64,000 bases of DNA, taken from an uncultured Gemmataceae bacterium. GTDB taxonomy: Bacteria; Planctomycetota; Planctomycetia; Gemmatales; Gemmataceae. The position numbers and the translations under genes were made by a program. Where the stretch lies: the NCBI GenBank assembly GCA_963750165.1, contig CAVVPN010000003.1:2048001-2112000 (forward strand), written 5' to 3'. This document shows, piece after piece, positions 29,537-40,005 of the stretch (position 1 is the stretch's first letter; each line of letters starts with the position of its first letter). The notes under the pieces were generated by a model. That model worked only from the letters and a program-made list of their open reading frames with translations, was not told where the DNA came from and ran no database searches.

Positions 29537-30391
29537 ATGATTCTCAATGAGCGCCGAACGTGCCGGCGGGAAAGCCGTGCGCGGGGGGTGCCGTGGGGCA
29601 GCCAAGGTGCTCGTAGCGAGGATCCCTCTCGCAGTGACGAACGGATCGGTGGAGCTTCAGCTATGCCGAAGATTCGAGACACGCAGGAGCACGGTCGTAC
29701 CGAGTCTGAGCAGGAACTCGGCGGGCCGCTGAATGAACGACGCATCAACGAAGTGGGAAACGAGGCTCGATTAGCGGACGGCTCCGCGACCGAGGGCGCT
29801 CCGCAAAAGGGCGTCAAGCCAGAACTTCTCGCCTTCGAGGAAGGAATCCGCTCGCGGCTCGGCGGGTCACCCGAAAAGCTGAACGAGTGGATTCTGTTCT
29901 CTCCATTTGTGCAGGCTCGAATTCACGCCGCGGCTCGCCGATTCCGGTGGGTCGATGATGTCCAGGACATCGCCCACGAAGCGATAATCGCCCTTTCCGA
30001 GTCTCTCGACCGGCCGAGCAGCCCTCTCCTTCGGTGGGACGGGCGCACGGGGAGCGGATTTTGGCCGGCCGTGTTCAGAAACAAAGTGTGGAAGGCGGTC
30101 GATGCTCGCCTCCGAAGGAGGAATTGTCGTCGCCAGGTGGTGGTTGATCAGTTGGCCTGTGATCGGGCGGAGGCACGCGCCGACCATATTACCGCCGAAC
30201 GTTGGGCTGAAGTGATGGATGCGGCTGATTCCCTCCCAGAAATACTTCGCGTCGTATTCAAAAAGCACATCCTTGAAGGATTCTCACGCACCCGACTCGC
30301 ACAAGAGCTTGGATTGGAACGGCACAGAATCGGAAAACTCTTGACCACCGCAATCGAGGAGATCATGCGACTCCTCAATTCTGACCCCTAA
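29537..30391 (+). CDS. ECF-like sigma-70 factor
   Basis: DDVQDIAHEAIIAL; SLPEILRVVF...EGFSRTRLAQELGL; AAGGAGGT RBS. Confidence 0.75.
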   Translation: MILNERRTCRRESRARGVPWGSQGARSEDPSRSDERIGGASAMPKIRDTQEHGRTESEQELGGPLNERRINEVGNEARLADGSATEGAPQKGVKPELLAFEEGIRSRLGGSPEKLNEWILFSPFVQARIHAAARRFRWVDDVQDIAHEAIIALSESLDRPSSPLLRWDGRTGSGFWPAVFRNKVWKAVDARLRRRNCRRQVVVDQLACDRAEARADHITAERWAEVMDAADSLPEILRVVFKKHILEGFSRTRLAQELGLERHRIGKLLTTAIEEIMRLLNSDP

Positions 30392-30893
30392 TCTGATCAC
30401 CTATTTCGCGAAGCAGGCGATCGAGGATTTCGGAATTTGCTTCAAACCAGTTACGGTACGTTGCGACCATTCTGTGCAGGCGGAGCCGTTCATCCCGAAG
30501 TTCGTGACTTTTCATTTGACCACGGTTGAGCCTCCAGAGCGCGGCGTGCTCTTCAGGGGTCAACGGAGGACCATCAAGTAGCTTTGACCGATCGATAGCG
30601 AGATTCTCGAATGGTTCGCCTAGCTTTCTCAGCCGCTCCTCCTCGACTCCCTCTTCCCACGCTTCCTCTTCGGTAAGTACTATCGGGTTCTGCTGGCCGG
30701 GAGCCGGCCGCTTTGGCGTCTGTGCGGCCTCGGTCCCATCACCACCCGCAGGTATACCAAAACCAAACTGCGATAGGTCAAACGGCGCTCCAGCCGCGTT
30801 CTCTGGTCTTGCACCGCCGGCGTCGTCTTGGCCCTTTCCGCCCTCCTTTCCAGGCTGCTTCTTTTCTCCTTGCGGGTTCGTCTCTGGTTCCAT
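30375..30893 (-). CDS. Hypothetical protein
   Basis: ORF convergent with sigma gene; disordered N-terminus, helical C-terminus. Confidence 0.5.
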   Translation of the reverse strand: MEPETNPQGEKKQPGKEGGKGQDDAGGARPENAAGAPFDLSQFGFGIPAGGDGTEAAQTPKRPAPGQQNPIVLTEEEAWEEGVEEERLRKLGEPFENLAIDRSKLLDGPPLTPEEHAALWRLNRGQMKSHELRDERLRLHRMVATYRNWFEANSEILDRLLREIGDQIRGQN

Positions 30894-31014
30894 TCCGGCA
30901 CTATAGCACGAACCGACTGACCTCGTCACGTCGGCGTTCACTGCCAATTCTTCCGCCTCCCGGAGAATGATCCTATGGGCAGGTCCCTGAGTCCTTTTCG
31001 CACGAGGTTTTCCC

Positions 31015-32370
31015 ATGACTCACCGCCTGTTGAGGCTGGCTCTTCCCCTAACGCTCTTTCTCGCAGTCCCAGCAGCCCAGGTGCTCCTAGAGCGGGCTAT
31101 TCTTGCGCGGACGGAGCAATCCCCAGCCGCGCTTTCGAGCCACGCCGTTCTGATCGGCGCCGCCACCATCCTCTTTCTGTTCTTGAACGGCTCAAACGTC
31201 TACTCGGTCGTGGCAATTGCCCGGCTCAGGCGAGAGAGGCCGGTCCACGCGACGCTCTTCGCGCAGAACACGATTGCGTTCACCGCCTACAGCGGCCTTC
31301 TCTGTTTTCTACTCATTCCCGCTGCCCATGTCCTTACCTCTCTCCTTCTCGGCCACGAGCCGAGCCAGGACGAGGTGAACTGCGCTCGCCTTCTCCTCGG
31401 CATCGTTGCAGTCCTTCTCGCGCAGCACGCTGCACTCGCACCTGTCCTCGCCCAGGAACGTGTCTGGTCAGCGTTTTTCGTCGTTTCCTCTGGACTTCTG
31501 GTTCACGCCGTTTTTCTTTTCATCGTTCCCACCGCTTGGGGGCTCTCCGGCGTCATTGCCGCTCGCACGGCAGGCACTCTTGTATCCGGCTCCTTCGCCA
31601 CGCGACTGTCACCAATCCCGAAGGTATGGTTCGGCCTCTCCCCAGTTGTTCGACGCGACAAAATGGTTCAAGCCGAACTTCTTCTCCGCGGTGCCGTTGT
31701 CGGCTTTCACGCCGCCATCGGGTCTCTCGTCGTAGGCATCGTCTTCTTCCTCGCACTCTCCCGCAACGGCGCGGCGCCGCTTGCTGCCGCGGCCATCGCG
31801 TTTAGCTGGTATTCCGTTTTGTCAGCCCTTCCTGTTGGCGTCGCCCAGGCAACCGGCATCGTGACGGCCGAGGCCTTGGGACAGAAGGGTTGGCTCCTGG
31901 TCCAGAAAGCGGTGAAGGGCGGGGACCGGGTCTGCTTTCATCTTGCGTACACAATCGCCATTGGGTTTCTTGTTGCAGGCTTCATCTTCTCGTGGGTCAT
32001 CGAGCCGATTCCGGGCTCCTGTCTCGGCATCGCCCTCTTCGGCATTAGTCTCCATGCCAGCATCGACGGGAGCATCCAAGCCCAGGTCTGGTCACTCCGC
32101 GCCCTCGGCCGGCAAAACGCAATACTCATTGCCACGCTGACGGCTGCCCTCCTCTACGGAACGTCCCTTTTCGCGGTGAGTGAAACCTGCGCCAGTTGGC
32201 TTTGCCTCTTTTGGTACGATCTTCTCCTTTATCTTCTTCTCCAACGAATTCTTCGGCGGAGCTTCACCACTGATCCTTCACTGCGGGGAATGAAGAGGTG
32301 GGAGACTAGCTCTCCCCCTCTGTCTCCCCGGACAGCAGAGCGTATGTGGGAATCCAAGGGTCACAAGTGA
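31015..32370 (+). CDS. MATE/MOP-superfamily membrane transporter (divergent)
   Basis: Many hydrophobic segments; GAAPLAAAAIA...PVGVAQATGIVTAEALG. Confidence 0.7.
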   Translation: MTHRLLRLALPLTLFLAVPAAQVLLERAILARTEQSPAALSSHAVLIGAATILFLFLNGSNVYSVVAIARLRRERPVHATLFAQNTIAFTAYSGLLCFLLIPAAHVLTSLLLGHEPSQDEVNCARLLLGIVAVLLAQHAALAPVLAQERVWSAFFVVSSGLLVHAVFLFIVPTAWGLSGVIAARTAGTLVSGSFATRLSPIPKVWFGLSPVVRRDKMVQAELLLRGAVVGFHAAIGSLVVGIVFFLALSRNGAAPLAAAAIAFSWYSVLSALPVGVAQATGIVTAEALGQKGWLLVQKAVKGGDRVCFHLAYTIAIGFLVAGFIFSWVIEPIPGSCLGIALFGISLHASIDGSIQAQVWSLRALGRQNAILIATLTAALLYGTSLFAVSETCASWLCLFWYDLLLYLLLQRILRRSFTTDPSLRGMKRWETSSPPLSPRTAERMWESKGHK

Positions 32371-32385
32371 ATTGGAGGTTCAGAA

Positions 32386-33246
32386 GTGGAAGCTCTTCTT
32401 ATCGCGGCCGACGCACCGACTGTCGATAGCGGGAAGGCCATAACGAACGGCAGCACGACTCCCGAACAAAATGCACCACGCTTCGTGCCTCGTATTATTC
32501 GCCTTTCCGACATCGACCGCGACGAGAACCAGCCGCGTGCGACCCCGCGGAGTGAGGAGAGCCGAGAGAGTCTCACCCAGAGTGTTCAGAGAGACGGTCT
32601 CTTTTCCGCCCTCCTCGTTCGCCCCGGTGCTGCCGGCCGCTTCATTCTCGTCTCCGGCGAAGGCCGGTACGACGCTGCCCTCGCCTGCGGGCACACGGAG
32701 GCCCTCTGCCTCGTCTGCGAAGCACCGCTCAGCCCGGCCGAACTTCGGCGGATGCAATTTGCCGAGAACGTGTTTCGTGAAACATTGAATCCCCTCGATC
32801 AAGCCGCACTCTTTCGCTCCCTCATGCGTGAGCGCCGTTGGTCGCAGACCCGGGTCGCAGATTTCCTCGGTGTCAGTCAGGGACACGTAAGTGAGTACGT
32901 AAACCTTCTCCGGCTCCCGGCCGACATCCGCGACCGTGTTGCAAAGGGAACGCTCGGTGTGCGTGCTGCCCCCCGAGTGGCCAAGCGCCGGGCGGTATCG
33001 ACCGTCGATACCGCTGACTCCTCACCCGAGAACGTGACCTCACCCTTCGCCGGCGAGAACCCGCTCCACGGCATCACGGTCCATCCCCTTCAAAGTTGGG
33101 TCGACAACGCAACCGGCATCAGGTTCCTCGTCGGCCGCAAATCGAAACGTGCCGTGTCCGACAAGGATCTCCTTCGGGCGCTCAAGTCCCGCGTGAAGGA
33201 TATCGAGGCGAGACTCGCCTCCCCCGCTCCCCCGCTTCCCACTTAG
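32386..33246 (+). CDS. parB: ParB/RepB/Spo0J family protein
   Basis: NQPR, LVSGEGRY, ENVFRETLNPLDQA, HTH SQTRVADFLGVSQGHVS. Confidence 0.9.
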   Translation: MEALLIAADAPTVDSGKAITNGSTTPEQNAPRFVPRIIRLSDIDRDENQPRATPRSEESRESLTQSVQRDGLFSALLVRPGAAGRFILVSGEGRYDAALACGHTEALCLVCEAPLSPAELRRMQFAENVFRETLNPLDQAALFRSLMRERRWSQTRVADFLGVSQGHVSEYVNLLRLPADIRDRVAKGTLGVRAAPRVAKRRAVSTVDTADSSPENVTSPFAGENPLHGITVHPLQSWVDNATGIRFLVGRKSKRAVSDKDLLRALKSRVKDIEARLASPAPPLPT

Positions 33247-33296
33247 TGAATCGCCCCAACCCGCCCGGCAACGGGCCAACCAAGAAGGAGGTTTTC

Positions 33297-33977
33297 ATGG
33301 TTCTCCCCACTCGCCCCGGAAAAAAGAAAACAACAAACCCGGAGCCGCGCTGTCCCGTAATCGTGCTTGCCGATGCGTCGGCCTCGATGCGGGGTCCCAA
33401 GGGCGACGCACTCAACGCGGCGATGCCGCTCCTCCTCGGTGAGATCCGCCGCGACGACCTGGCCGCCCACCGAGTTGAGCTCGCCATCGTCACCTTCGAC
33501 GACAGTGTCCACGTGGCCTTGGACTTCACCACGGTCGCCGACATCGAAAAGATCGCGCCTTTCACTTTCGGCGGAAATACTGCGCTCGCGGGTGCGCTTC
33601 TGAAATCGCTTCAGCTCCTCCAAGGCCGAAAGGAGTACTTCAAGGGCCAAGGGATCGACGCCCCCTACCGCCCGTGGGTGATCCTCATCACGGACGGGGC
33701 CCCGAGTGACCGTGACCTCGTCCTCAAGGCAAGAGAAACGCTCTTCCAAGCGGTCGGCCACCATCGCCTCACCTTCTACCCGGTCGCCGTGAAGGGTGCC
33801 GACTTTGATTTCCTGAAAAGCATCTGTCCCGCGGGCCAAAAGGTCTACGAGCTCGAGGACCTTAAGTTCGCCCAGTTCTTCCGGTGGCTCTCAAGGAGCC
33901 TCGCGGACGTGAGCCGCAAGGATCCCGACGAGGAATCGCCCGAGGCCGAACCTGAAGGTGTGACGGAGATCGAATGA
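33297..33977 (+). CDS. TerY/YegL-like vWA protein
   Basis: NPEPRCPV..DASASM (MIDAS), YRPWVILITDGAP, FFRWLSRS. Confidence 0.9.
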   Translation: MVLPTRPGKKKTTNPEPRCPVIVLADASASMRGPKGDALNAAMPLLLGEIRRDDLAAHRVELAIVTFDDSVHVALDFTTVADIEKIAPFTFGGNTALAGALLKSLQLLQGRKEYFKGQGIDAPYRPWVILITDGAPSDRDLVLKARETLFQAVGHHRLTFYPVAVKGADFDFLKSICPAGQKVYELEDLKFAQFFRWLSRSLADVSRKDPDEESPEAEPEGVTEIE

Positions 33978-34030
33978 CACCACCCGCCGCGGCGGCTCAT
34001 CACTGCCGCGGCCCCTATTGGTCCCCTCAA

Positions 34031-35317
34031 ATGGCAACACCTTCAAACCTCTTCTTCAACGCGACCGGAGCACCAGTCGAGCTTGGGCGAAAGCTCGGAA
34101 GCGGTGGCGAAGGAGACGTGTACGAGATCCGTCGAAGTGGGAGCGTCGCAAAGCTCCTCCGGAACCCCACGACTGAGTTCGAGGAGAAGGTGCGAGCGAT
34201 GCGTCTGTCGCCGCCACAGACCGCAGGCGTCCTCCCTCAGGGCTATACCTTTGCGTGGCCAACTGACCTTCTCGTGAGCGGAGCTCCTTCTCGAACGGTC
34301 GTTGGCTTTTCTATGCCTGTCGCCAAGTACCGGTACGCGTTTCACCAGCTTTACCGGCCCGCGACCCGGGGCCCAGAGGTGGACGAGAGGTTCCTTCTTC
34401 GGACGGCCAAGAACTCGGCGGTCGGTGTTGCGAACCTTCACCGAATGGGTGTCATCGTCGGTGACTTGAACGAATCGAATTTCGTCGTCGGACCCACGGC
34501 GGATGTGACCTTCCTCGATGCCGACAGTTTCCAAGTTCGAGCAAATGGGCGCATTTACCGCTGCACCGTGGGAAAGGTCGAGTTTACCGCCCGTGAACTC
34601 TTCGGACGAAAGTATGCCGACCAGGACCGCACACCCGAGACTGACGCCTTTGCGCTCGCTGTCTGCATTTGGCTCTGCCTCATGGAGGGGAACCACCCCT
34701 TCGCAAGCCGGTACACCGGGCCTGGTAACGGCGCCACACTCAAAGAGAGAATCGAACAAGGCCTCTGGGCGTATGCAACGAGGCGGCCTCCACACTACGA
34801 ACCGCGCCCAATGGCTCCGCCGTTTTCATCGCTTCCGCAGAGCCTCCGCGATCTTTTCCGGGACGCGTTTGAAGCGGGCCACCACGAACCGTGGAAGCGT
34901 CCGAAGCCGGCTGACTGGGCGTTGGCACTTGCCGATTGCGAGGCGGCTGTCGCAAATCGCCCACTGCCGGGACCGAGCGTGAAGGATAGGCTCGGCGACG
35001 CACTCCGCGGAATCACAACCCGCATCGACGCCCTTCGCGGATTTGTCCCGGCGATACAGCTTCCGGCCGTCTCCCCGGCCATACGCACCTCGGCCAGGCA
35101 CGCCTTGATTGCGGGCGGGGCAAGTGTCTTGACCGCGATAGCCCTTCTACTCGTGCGAGGCGAGACCACTTCTCCTCCAACGACACAACCCAACTCGGTT
35201 CCGCCCGGGTGGTCGGCCTTCCCGAACGGCGCGTCACCCGTTCCCGGCGAGCGGACGCCACGACTCTGGGAAGAGCTTCGGAGGAAGGATCCCACGCGCG
35301 TGACCAAGACACCGTAG
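34031..35317 (+). CDS. YegI-like Ser/Thr kinase with C-terminal TM segment
   Basis: GSGGEGDVY, VAK, AWP, GDLNESN, DADSFQ, GNHPF; start 33974 or 34031. Confidence 0.88.
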   Translation: MATPSNLFFNATGAPVELGRKLGSGGEGDVYEIRRSGSVAKLLRNPTTEFEEKVRAMRLSPPQTAGVLPQGYTFAWPTDLLVSGAPSRTVVGFSMPVAKYRYAFHQLYRPATRGPEVDERFLLRTAKNSAVGVANLHRMGVIVGDLNESNFVVGPTADVTFLDADSFQVRANGRIYRCTVGKVEFTARELFGRKYADQDRTPETDAFALAVCIWLCLMEGNHPFASRYTGPGNGATLKERIEQGLWAYATRRPPHYEPRPMAPPFSSLPQSLRDLFRDAFEAGHHEPWKRPKPADWALALADCEAAVANRPLPGPSVKDRLGDALRGITTRIDALRGFVPAIQLPAVSPAIRTSARHALIAGGASVLTAIALLLVRGETTSPPTTQPNSVPPGWSAFPNGASPVPGERTPRLWEELRRKDPTRVTKTP

Positions 35318-35327
35318 GAGAAAAACA

Positions 35328-35651
35328 ATGCCTCATGACCGCGTACCCCGGGCAAGCGAACGAATCGAGGAGGCGGCTCGGTGGGTGGACCTTGTCTTCG
35401 CCGCACTCGATCGCGAGGCCGACCTCTTCCACACCACTCAAGAGCGGTGCCGTGAGACTCTTCAGGGATTTCTTCTTCGGCTCCAGGTGTTGAGTGTGGC
35501 GTCCGGTGACGTCGAACGCCTGGCAGACGAGATCCGACGTTTTGAGGCTTCCTTCCGAGACACCCTCCACGCGGCAAATGATGCCTACCGCGCGGCTTCT
35601 TGTTGGCGCTCCCGAGCCGCGGGAGCCTCGCCTCGCCCATCGCCGAACTAG
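35328..35651 (+). CDS. Hypothetical protein
   Basis: AGGAGA RBS; operon position. Confidence 0.55.
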   Translation: MPHDRVPRASERIEEAARWVDLVFAALDREADLFHTTQERCRETLQGFLLRLQVLSVASGDVERLADEIRRFEASFRDTLHAANDAYRAASCWRSRAAGASPRPSPN

Positions 35652-35693
35652 ACCACGAACTCGAATTCGCCCCTTACTAAAGGAGAACTTGCC

Positions 35694-37130
35694 ATGTCAG
35701 CACGCTGGAAATGGGCCGCAGTCCTTGGACTCCTCGCCCTCATTGTCATCCCCGTCTGGGCAATCACCCGTGTGCGCGCGAACTCGTCTCGCGAGTCGAG
35801 CCGGACTGCCTTGCGACCTGGTATCCCGGCCGAGGCCCTCTCTCCTGCCCGCACCGCCCGCGATCAAATCGAGGACTCGGAACGGCGCATGGTGGAGGAG
35901 GACCGAGCGCTCGCCCAGGCTCTCGACCGAATGGAGGCTGGGAAGTTCGTGCCGGCCGAGCAAAAAGCCACGATCGAAGCCCTTCGCGTTTACGTGAAGA
36001 GCCTCCGCGGGATCGCAGCGGATCTTCTCACTCACCACAAGACGTTCGTTTCGGTCCAGGAGCAGTACCGCGCCGCACTTACCACTGCACCCGCGAAATT
36101 CCGTGACGCAAGTCGCCTATTCCTCGAGTACGCGGCAGAAGAGCCCTTCTACGAAATCAAGCAGGACTACGAGCGCCTGGCCCAGGATTGGCTTACCCTG
36201 GCCTCCCTTGTCGAGCGCCGTGCCGCCGAGGTCGCCCGTGACGACAAAACACGCGATTGGGGCGACACCCTTCGCTACGTGGAACGAACGGCGCTATTCC
36301 TCGAGCGGCTCGACGCCCACCTGGAAAGCTTCCCAATCAACTTGGACTCGGGCGAAATCCGTGAGCGTCACATCGCGGATCTCAAAGCATACATCGACGG
36401 CTTCGAGGCCCTGAGAAAGCACCTCGGCACTTACCGTGAGAAACTTCGGAACGGCGCCGTGTCGCCTGGCGTCCGTGGGGAGCTAACGACCGCCGCTCGC
36501 GAGCGGACGGCACGCACCAATCCCGTTGCCTTTGTCCCGCCGGGACCGACCCCATCTCGTGATCAATTCGCGGACGTGTCCTTCTCCTGCACGTTCCTGC
36601 GCTCGGAAGATTGGCCGGCACTCGCGGTTCGCACGACCCGAGAATTCCGGCCAGGCGAGATACTGATCCTCAGAAACGACCACGTTGACCTCTATGAAAT
36701 CCGGGTGCGAAACATCGTCCGCACAGGGAATGGCCAGGTTGTCTTCGCGTACGAAGACGGCGGCATCCCTGCTCCATGGCAGCAATCCTCCCTCACGGTG
36801 AGACCCAAGGCACCGGATCGTATCAAGTCTGCCGGCCCCGCAGAAGCTCCCGAGACCTACCGCTGTCTTGTCGGCCTCCAACGCACCAACAACTTCATCG
36901 GTGTCTTGGCGAATCGAGAGTTCGCTGTCGGCGAGACGTACCGACTCGACGTAGACGGTAGTGAATACGCAACAGTCGTCGTCCTTCGGACCGTGGCACG
37001 TACGGAGAAGGGCTCCGTCATCGAGATCGATTTCACGAAGCCCATGCCAGCGAGGCCAACGAGCATGGTGCTCGTGCGCCTTCCTTCAGCCACTCCTTCG
37101 GACTCCCCTACGCTCGCCGCCCGTCGGTGA
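35694..37130 (+). CDS. Membrane-anchored helical/coiled-coil protein
   Basis: N-terminal TM/signal, long helical region, beta-rich C-terminus; AAGGAGA RBS. Confidence 0.7.
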   Translation: MSARWKWAAVLGLLALIVIPVWAITRVRANSSRESSRTALRPGIPAEALSPARTARDQIEDSERRMVEEDRALAQALDRMEAGKFVPAEQKATIEALRVYVKSLRGIAADLLTHHKTFVSVQEQYRAALTTAPAKFRDASRLFLEYAAEEPFYEIKQDYERLAQDWLTLASLVERRAAEVARDDKTRDWGDTLRYVERTALFLERLDAHLESFPINLDSGEIRERHIADLKAYIDGFEALRKHLGTYREKLRNGAVSPGVRGELTTAARERTARTNPVAFVPPGPTPSRDQFADVSFSCTFLRSEDWPALAVRTTREFRPGEILILRNDHVDLYEIRVRNIVRTGNGQVVFAYEDGGIPAPWQQSSLTVRPKAPDRIKSAGPAEAPETYRCLVGLQRTNNFIGVLANREFAVGETYRLDVDGSEYATVVVLRTVARTEKGSVIEIDFTKPMPARPTSMVLVRLPSATPSDSPTLAARR

Positions 37131-37155
37131 GGATCCCGAACCAGTGAGGACTCTC

Positions 37156-37449
37156 ATGAAACCGCGCGGCCAGTACGGTTTTCGTCTTGAAGCGGCCATC
37201 GCAAAGAAACTCGAAACGGAGGCCGAGAAGCGGGGCCTTACGGCAGGCCGCTACGCGCGCCTCCTCGTCATCGATGCGCTCTCGGAATCGGGGGACGAGG
37301 ACGAAGTATCCCAGGAGCTTCGAGCCCTCCGAGACGAAGTCGAGACGCTGAAGGAAAACCTCACGACCGCCACCATCGCCATCCTCCAGACCGCGGCTTC
37401 ACTCCCAGAGGACGAAGTCCGGAGATGGGCCGACGAGAACCTTCCCTGA
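37156..37449 (+). CDS. RHH relaxosome accessory protein (TrwA/MobC-like)
   Basis: YGFRLEAAIAKKLETEAEKRGLTAGRYARLLV; directly before relaxase. Confidence 0.65.
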   Translation: MKPRGQYGFRLEAAIAKKLETEAEKRGLTAGRYARLLVIDALSESGDEDEVSQELRALRDEVETLKENLTTATIAILQTAASLPEDEVRRWADENLP

Positions 37450-37462
37450 ACCGGAGTTCCTC

Positions 37463-40000
37463 ATGGTTGCGACACTTTCACGAGCGGGGTCTGGAAACTG
37501 GCGCTACTACGCCCTGTCCCACGAGACGAAGCACTGGCCCGGCGTCTGGTGGGACGGTGGCGCTGCTAAAGCATTTGGGCTCCAAGGCATCGTCACGCCC
37601 GACCAGTTTCGCAACCTCTATCACGGCTATTCCCCCGACGGCCGCGTCGCCCTCGTTCAAGGTGCCGGGTCAAAGTGGCATCGGCCCGGGTTCGACATCT
37701 GCTTTCTCCCGCCAAAATCCGTCTCGATCGCCTGGGCCTTGGCAACTGCTCCCGAGGTGAGGCGCGAAATCGAGGCCGCGGTCGATGCAGCAGTTTCCCA
37801 CACACTCCATGAACTGAACGAGCGGTGTGGGTTCACGCGTCGGGGGCACGGCGGTGCAGAGGTGATGAAGGCGGATCTCGTGGTCTCCCTCTTCAAACAC
37901 TACAGCTCTCGCGCGAATGAGCCGTTACTTCACACCCACGCCTTCATCCACGCCGTGACAATGGGCGAGGACGGAAAGACAGGCGCCCTCGCCGCCGGGG
38001 AACTCTGTCGCCACAAGATGACAGGCGGGGCCATCTTTCGCTGCCAGCTCGCCGAGGAGCTTCGCACCCGCCTCGGATTCGAGTGCGAGAGAAAGCAAGA
38101 CGAGAAGGGCCGCCCGCTCTTCTGGTTTGAAATCAAGGGGATTAGCCAGGAGCAGGTCGATCACTTCTCCACCCGAAGTGCCGAGATCCGAAAGGTGCTG
38201 GGCACAAGTAGTTTCGCGAGTGCGCTTGCGGCCGAGGCCGCAGCCCTCAGCACTCGGCCTCCGAAGGAAGAGGTCCCTCTCCCCGTCCTCCTCGAGCGGT
38301 GGAAGAAGGAGGGAGAGAAGGTTGGCCTCCGCGTAGGCTCCATCGAAGCCCTCACGCACGCCGCCCGCCCACGGTACGACCAGGAAGAACAGACCAACGC
38401 CGCAGCGGAGCGCGCCCTCAAGAAAATCACCGCAAAACAGGCCCACTTCGCCGAACGAGAACTCCTCCGCTTCTCGGCCGAAGAGGCGCAAGCGACCGGA
38501 GTCGGTGCAGCTAGGGTCTCAGCCAAGGTCACGGAACTCCTCCAGAGCCCAAAGCTCCAGGACCTTGGCCTCGAAAAAAAGGAACACCGCTACGCGACAC
38601 CCGAAATGGTGGCGAAGGAGAAAACGCTTCTTGACGCCATCGACCGCGTTCGCGAGCCCCGCACTGAAAAGGTCCCTCATCGTGCCGCGGAAAAAGTCCT
38701 CGCGCGCCATAAGGAGTTTGGAGCCGAAGAGGCAGCCGCGTTTCGGAAGCTCATCCTTGGCGAGGGCCGACTTCACGCCTTGGACGGGCTTCCCGGTACT
38801 GGAAAGACGAGCGTTCTGCGCGCCGTCGCCGCAACTTACAAGAAAGCCCACCGCCCGGTCGTGGGCTGTGCAATTTCGGGAAAGGCGGCGCGCGGCCTTG
38901 AGACTCGTGCCGGCATCAAGAGCCACACTATCTTCAAACTCCTCCGCGACCTCGAGGAGACGACGGGCGAGCGGGTTAGGGCCAAGGCGAAGCATCATCT
39001 GGCGCAGCTTGGGAGGACCGCAGTGAGACTTCCGACCCGACGCCAAAAGCCCCGCGTGAAACTCCCGCGCGGCGCTGTCCTTGTCGTGGACGAGGCGTCG
39101 ATGGTGTCGGCCGACACGATGAGTAGGCTCGTCCGCGCGGCGGAGAAGCAAGACGCGCGTGTGATCCTCGTCGGGGACCACCACCAACTCCAGCCCATCG
39201 ACGGCGCTGCGCCATTCGGCCGCATCCGAAAGACACTCCCCGCTTCAACCCTCACCGACATCCGCCGGCAGACAAATCCCGAGGACCGCCAAAACGTCCG
39301 GGACTTCGCGGAGGGTAACGCCCGGGAGCCGCTTCGAAACCTGGAGAGCCGGGGCCTTCTCACGGTGAAGGAGGACAGGCTTTTTGCCCTCGAAGACCTC
39401 ATCGCCAAGTGGAAGGAGGTGGGTGTCCAGAAACCCAGAGAGAACGTCATTGTCGCTAACACCGACGCCGAGGTCCGAGCCCTAAACGAGCGTGCCCAGG
39501 CCGAGCGGATGAAGGCCAAAAAGCTCGGCATTCGCGGGATGATAATTGACGGCACACGCTACCGCACCGGGGACCGCGTTCTCTGCACGATGAACTCGTC
39601 CCTTGGTGTCCGAAATGGCGACTTCGGCACCGTCGTGGGCTTTGACCGGCGGCCAGGAAAGAAGGCCGTCATCGTCCTCCTCGACCAGACGAAAACCAAA
39701 GTCACGCTCCCCATTCGGACGTACGGCGAGTACCTGGCACTCGGCTACGCCGCAACGACGCACAAACTTCAGGGTGCCACCGTCGAAAACGCCTGGGTGC
39801 TCGTCTCTGGCCCCCTTCAAGACCGCCAGTCAACAACCGTCCAGGCAAGCCGCCACAAGAACGAACTCCGGCTCGTGACGGAGGAGTACGAAGCCGGAAG
39901 GAATCTCGAAGACCTAATCTCCAAGGTCGCAAACAACCGCGAAAAGACGCTCGCCCACGACGTCATCCGCCCTGTCCTTACCCAAACCCAAGAAAGGTAG
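37463..40000 (+). CDS. MobF (TrwC-like) relaxase-helicase
   Basis: RYY, DICFLPPKSVS, HYSSRANEPLLHTH, FSTRS, GLPGTGKT, DEASM, GYAATTHKLQG. Confidence 0.95.
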   Translation: MVATLSRAGSGNWRYYALSHETKHWPGVWWDGGAAKAFGLQGIVTPDQFRNLYHGYSPDGRVALVQGAGSKWHRPGFDICFLPPKSVSIAWALATAPEVRREIEAAVDAAVSHTLHELNERCGFTRRGHGGAEVMKADLVVSLFKHYSSRANEPLLHTHAFIHAVTMGEDGKTGALAAGELCRHKMTGGAIFRCQLAEELRTRLGFECERKQDEKGRPLFWFEIKGISQEQVDHFSTRSAEIRKVLGTSSFASALAAEAAALSTRPPKEEVPLPVLLERWKKEGEKVGLRVGSIEALTHAARPRYDQEEQTNAAAERALKKITAKQAHFAERELLRFSAEEAQATGVGAARVSAKVTELLQSPKLQDLGLEKKEHRYATPEMVAKEKTLLDAIDRVREPRTEKVPHRAAEKVLARHKEFGAEEAAAFRKLILGEGRLHALDGLPGTGKTSVLRAVAATYKKAHRPVVGCAISGKAARGLETRAGIKSHTIFKLLRDLEETTGERVRAKAKHHLAQLGRTAVRLPTRRQKPRVKLPRGAVLVVDEASMVSADTMSRLVRAAEKQDARVILVGDHHQLQPIDGAAPFGRIRKTLPASTLTDIRRQTNPEDRQNVRDFAEGNAREPLRNLESRGLLTVKEDRLFALEDLIAKWKEVGVQKPRENVIVANTDAEVRALNERAQAERMKAKKLGIRGMIIDGTRYRTGDRVLCTMNSSLGVRNGDFGTVVGFDRRPGKKAVIVLLDQTKTKVTLPIRTYGEYLALGYAATTHKLQGATVENAWVLVSGPLQDRQSTTVQASRHKNELRLVTEEYEAGRNLEDLISKVANNREKTLAHDVIRPVLTQTQER

Positions 40001-40005
40001 AAGCC

